Positions 35,464 to 39,085 of a stretch of 39,085 bases of DNA are shown here, piece after piece. The stretch lies in contig NC_069005.1 of assembly GCF_001194135.2 (NCBI RefSeq), positions 21,947,970 through 21,987,054 on the forward strand, in the 5' to 3' direction. Origin of the DNA: Octopus bimaculoides (taxonomy: Eukaryota). How positions within the stretch are numbered: position 1 is the stretch's first letter; each line of letters opens with the position of its first letter. The notes beneath the pieces were generated by a model, which was not told where the DNA came from, did not search any database, and was given only the letters and a program-made list of their open reading frames with translations. The position numbers were made by a program, and so were the translations under genes.

Positions 35464-36209
35464 AAAGGAGATTGCCACAAAGTACCTGGTGAACAAGAGA
35501 GACAGTGACGCTCTTGCAATCCCAAGGTGCAACCGCATGTGTAGACTGTCATGTGTAGGACGACATCACGCATGTGATTAACAGCTGTCCTAAAATGTCG
35601 TCCCAGTACTACCTCCCTATGCTGCACGGTGTTATTGCCAAAACAATTTACAATGCCCTCCGCAAAAAAGAGTCCTGAAATAAACTGAGAAAATCCCCCT
35701 GTTATGGAATACATTCATAAACACCAACTCAAGGAATATTGGTGGAATATTCCTATCAAATCTTCTGTCGAATGTAAACATAACAGGCCGGATATTGTTC
35801 TTTGGGACAGAGAGGCAAAGGCGTGTACCATCAAAGAGGTCAGCTGTCCTGCAGATATAAATATCTCTTTGAAAATCAAAGACAAAGAGGATATCTATGG
35901 ACAACTGCTTCGAAAACTCCAGCTTCTATATCCAGACTATGAATTCATATTCATACCAATAATAATTGGAGTACTTGGGTTTGTTAGTAAATGCTTAAAG
36001 GAGAATCTGGATAAACTGGGATTTTCAGAAAGAGAAATCGACTGGCTAATTCGTATATTACAAGTGCAATCTGTGAGTGGAACAGTAAAAATATGCAAGA
36101 CTTTTCTCAAGTTCCAAATGTGAATTTGTCTGTGTTAACTACATCCCAAAGATGGAGCCTTGTATCTTTGTTGGAAATCGGCTCCCTCCTTAGTGGAAAA
36201 TTTATAATA
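35464..36209 (+). mobile_element. RLE-type non-LTR retrotransposon, second family, 3' part
   Basis: EIATKYLVNKRD; frameshifted CCHC knuckle CRL.H..DDITHVINSC (35540-35588); open frame 35704-36123 with NRPDIVLWD...IKEVSCP...K.DKEDIY...IPIIIGVLG (PD-(D/E)xK nuclease). Confidence 0.9.
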
Positions 36210-36896
36210 NNNNNNNNNNNNNNNNNNNNNNNNNNNNNNNNNNNNNNNNNNNNNNNNNNNNNNNNNNNNNNNNNNNNNNNNNNNNNNNNNNNNNNNNNNN
36301 NNNNNNNNNNNNNNNNNNNNNNNNNNNNNNNNNNNNNNNNNNNNNNNNNNNNNNNNNNNNNNNNNNNNNNNNNNNNNNNNNNNNNNNNNNNNNNNNNNNN
36401 NNNNNNNNNNNNNNNNNNNNNNNNNNNNNNNNNNNNNNNNNNNNNNNNNNNNNNNNNNNNNNNNNNNNNNNNNNNNNNNNNNNNNNNNNNNNNNNNNNNN
36501 NNNNNNNNNNNNNNNNNNNNNNNNNNNNNNNNNNNNNNNNNNNNNNNNNNNNNNNNNNNNNNNNNNNNNNNNNNNNNNNNNNNNNATATATATATATATA
36601 TATACATACACATATGTATACATGTCCATTGCATGTGTGGATTAGTATGTTTTGACCCATGTATGTGTACCAGTTATATATGTACATATACGTAAACATC
36701 GGGCTCAACTTCTGCAAAGTTTTACATATTTTTATACTTCCATTGACGGCTTGTAGTTGTAATTTCTTAATTAATCGTGTCTTTTCTCATTTGTGAAGTC
36801 AACCTTAACACTGACGCCGAGATAACTTGTTACATAACCGAACGCACGAATATTTGCAAGTATAAATCTAAAGTTATAAAAAAAAATAATAATAAA

Positions 36897-37144
36897 TGCG
36901 CTCTTTTAAAGCCTAGGTAGACTCATGGGCCCGGTTTCCTGGTTTCAATGGCGAATGTGTTCCCCAGCTGGACGGGACGCTAGTCCATCGCAGCGTTACT
37001 CATTTTTGCCAGCTGAGTGGACTGGAGCAACGTGAAATGAAGTGTTTTGCTCAAGAACACAACGCGTCGCCCGGTCCAGGAATCGAAACTACAATCTTAC
37101 GATCGAGGTGCTGACACCCTAACCACTAGGCCACGCGCCTCCAC
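36897..37144 (-). mobile_element. tRNA-derived SINE family D (same head type as family C, different body)
   Basis: GTGGAGGCGCGTGGCCTAGTGGTTAGG ... GTTTCGATTCC, CORE-like TGTGTTCTTGAGCAAAACACTT..AAAAATGAGT, then GCGATGGACTAGCGTCCCGTCCAG, and a tail ending AAAAGAGCGCA. Confidence 0.85.
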
Positions 37145-37481
37145 ACAGTCCAAATGTAATATCAACAAATTTCTCAATAGTTCGCCAAAAAATGTCTTCT
37201 TTATCTTTTTATCTTTAACGCATTAACTTTTGATGACCATCTAATTTCTTTTACGGTGCACATTTTCTCGCTCTCTCTTTCTCTGCTTTTCTCCCCACCC
37301 TTGCTCTCTCAGAGCATTATGTTCAGTCTGTTGTATCGACTCTTAACAAAAGTCTTCATAGGAACGTTCAACCAGTTTTCTTTCATATTATAAGGTTCAA
37401 CTTACCAAGACTTTCCTGTTCCTTTCCGTGTTGTGCGTCATGCAGACAGACAGCCAGGATCTTGTTTCCATTCCATTCTTT

Positions 37482-38330
37482 AATGTCGGCGAGCTGGCAG
37501 AAACGTTAGCGCGTCGGGCGAAATGCTTAGCGATATTTCGTCTGCCGTTACGTTCTGAGATCAAATTCCGCCGAGATCGTCTTTGCCTTTCATCCTTTCG
37601 GGGTCGATAAATTAAGTACCAGTTACGCACTAGGGTTGATCNNNNNNNNNNNNNNNNNNNNNNNNNNNNNNNNNNNNNNNNNNNNNNNNNNNNNNNNNNN
37701 NNNNNNNNNNNNNNNNNNNNNNNNNNNNNNNNNNNNNNNNNNNNNNNNNNNNNNNNNNNNNNNNNNNNNNNNNNNNNNNNNNNNNNNNNNNNNNNNNNNN
37801 NNNNNNNNNNNNNNNNNNNNNNNNNNNNNNNNNNNNNNNNNNNNNNNNNNNNNNNNNNNNNNNNNNNNNNNNNNNNNNNNNNNNNNNNNNNNNNNNNNNN
37901 NNNNNNNNNNNNNNNNNNNNNNNNNNNNNNNNNNNNNNNNNNNNNNNNNNNNNNNNNNNNNNNNNNNNNNNNNNNNNNNNNNNNNNNNNNNNNNNNNNNN
38001 NNNNNNNNNNNNNNNNNNNNNNNNNNNNNCTTTGCCTTTCATCCTTTCGGGGTCGATAAATTAAGTACCAGTTACGCACTGGGGTCGATGTAATCGACTT
38101 AATCCCCTTGTCCGTCTTTGTTTGTCCCTTCTATGTTTAGCCCCTTGAGGGCAATAAAGAAATAGGTATTTCGTCTGCCGTTACGTTCTGAGATCAAATT
38201 CCGCCGAGGTCGTCTTTGCCTTTCATCCTTTCGGGGTCGATAAATTAAGTACCAGTTACGCACTAGGGTTGATCTAATCGACTGGGCCCGTCCCCCAAAT
38301 TTTTCGGGCCTTGTTCCTAGAGTAGAAAAA
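37482..38330 (+). mobile_element. Multimeric SINE family A (head and central block, gap, central block with tail 1, internal restart, central block with tail 2)
   Basis: 37539-37641 is nearly identical to 38171-38275; the restart GTATTTCGTCTGCCG follows directly after the tail GCAATAAAGAAATAG. Confidence 0.85.
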
Positions 38331-38457
38331 TAATGTCGTCAGTCCACAAACCTCTTTGACAGCCTCAATATTTTCAGTCGAGGTGGTCATTAGCAATGAC
38401 TCATGGCACATAATATGTCCACAATATGAACTTGATTCTCGACAATAAGCAACCAGT

Positions 38458-38845
38458 ATTCTTTTATTCTTTAACGCGTTTCAGTTATTTGACTGCGGCC
38501 ATGCTGGAGCACTGCCTTAAAGTGTTTTACTCCAACAAATCAACCCCGGGACTTACTCTTTGTAAGCCTATTACTTTTGCTGAACCGCTAGGTTACGGGG
38601 CTATAAATACACCAACATCGGTTGTCAAGCGATGGTGGGAGACAAAAACAGACACAAAGACACACACATAAATATATATACATATAATATACGACAGGCT
38701 TCTTTCAGTTTCCGTCAACGAAATCCACTCACAAGGATTTGGTTGGCTCGAGGTTATAGTAGAAGACACTTGCTCAAGGTGACAAGCAGTGAGACTGAAC
38801 CCGGAATTATGTGGTTGGTAAGCAAGCTACTTACCACACAGCCAC
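38458..38845 (-). mobile_element. SINE family B, near full length
   Basis: Reverse complement of the 32141-32545 type. Confidence 0.9.
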
Positions 38846-38861
38846 ATATGTACGTATGTTC

Positions 38862-39085
38862 TATCTTCTAATTGTTTCAGTCATTTGACTGCGGCCATGC
38901 TGGGGCACCGCCTTCAGGAATTGTTAGTCGAAGAAATCGACCGCAGTACTTATTCTTTTTCTTTTGAAAGCCTGGAATTTATTCTACCGGTCTCTTTGCC
39001 GAACCGCTAAGTTATGAGCACGTAAACGCACCAACACTGGTTGTCAAGCGGTGATGGGGGACAAACACAGACAGAAATACATACA
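38862..39085 (-). mobile_element. SINE family B, 3' part (runs off the window)
   Basis: TTTCAGTCATTTGACTGCGGCCATGCTGG...GCCGAACCGCTAAG. Confidence 0.85.

Noticed and set aside
666-38079. Long ORFs in the supplied track (for example 20564-21820, 34536-35714, 18176-19303)
   Set aside because: They consist of N-gaps and (TA)n, (CA)n or (AAT)n translations and are not real coding sequence.

Overview
This is repeat-dominated eukaryotic DNA from a gappy short-read assembly: 21 N-gaps totalling about 8.8 kb, mostly bordered by microsatellites. The SINE families and repeat landscape suggest an octopus or other coleoid cephalopod (inference). I recognise no intact host protein-coding gene, and most ORFs in the supplied track are artefacts of N-runs or microsatellites. 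The window holds many tRNA-derived SINEs, decayed non-LTR retrotransposon fragments (RLE/R4-Dong-like, RTE, L1/Tx1), Penelope-like element (PLE) remnants, Helitron-like ends and MITEs. The most interesting signal is three separate hammerhead-ribozyme (HHR) motifs. The best one (2219-2261, minus strand) lies in a highly self-complementary 352-bp unit repeated in tandem and in inverted orientation, as expected for a retrozyme or PLE pseudo-LTR that could yield circular RNA. The other two (14378-14422 and 24935-25000) are degenerate and lie downstream of PLE GIY-YIG-like remnants. A CpG-rich candidate promoter or first exon sits at about 17.0-17.3 kb. All calls were made by eye, with no database searches or folding software.
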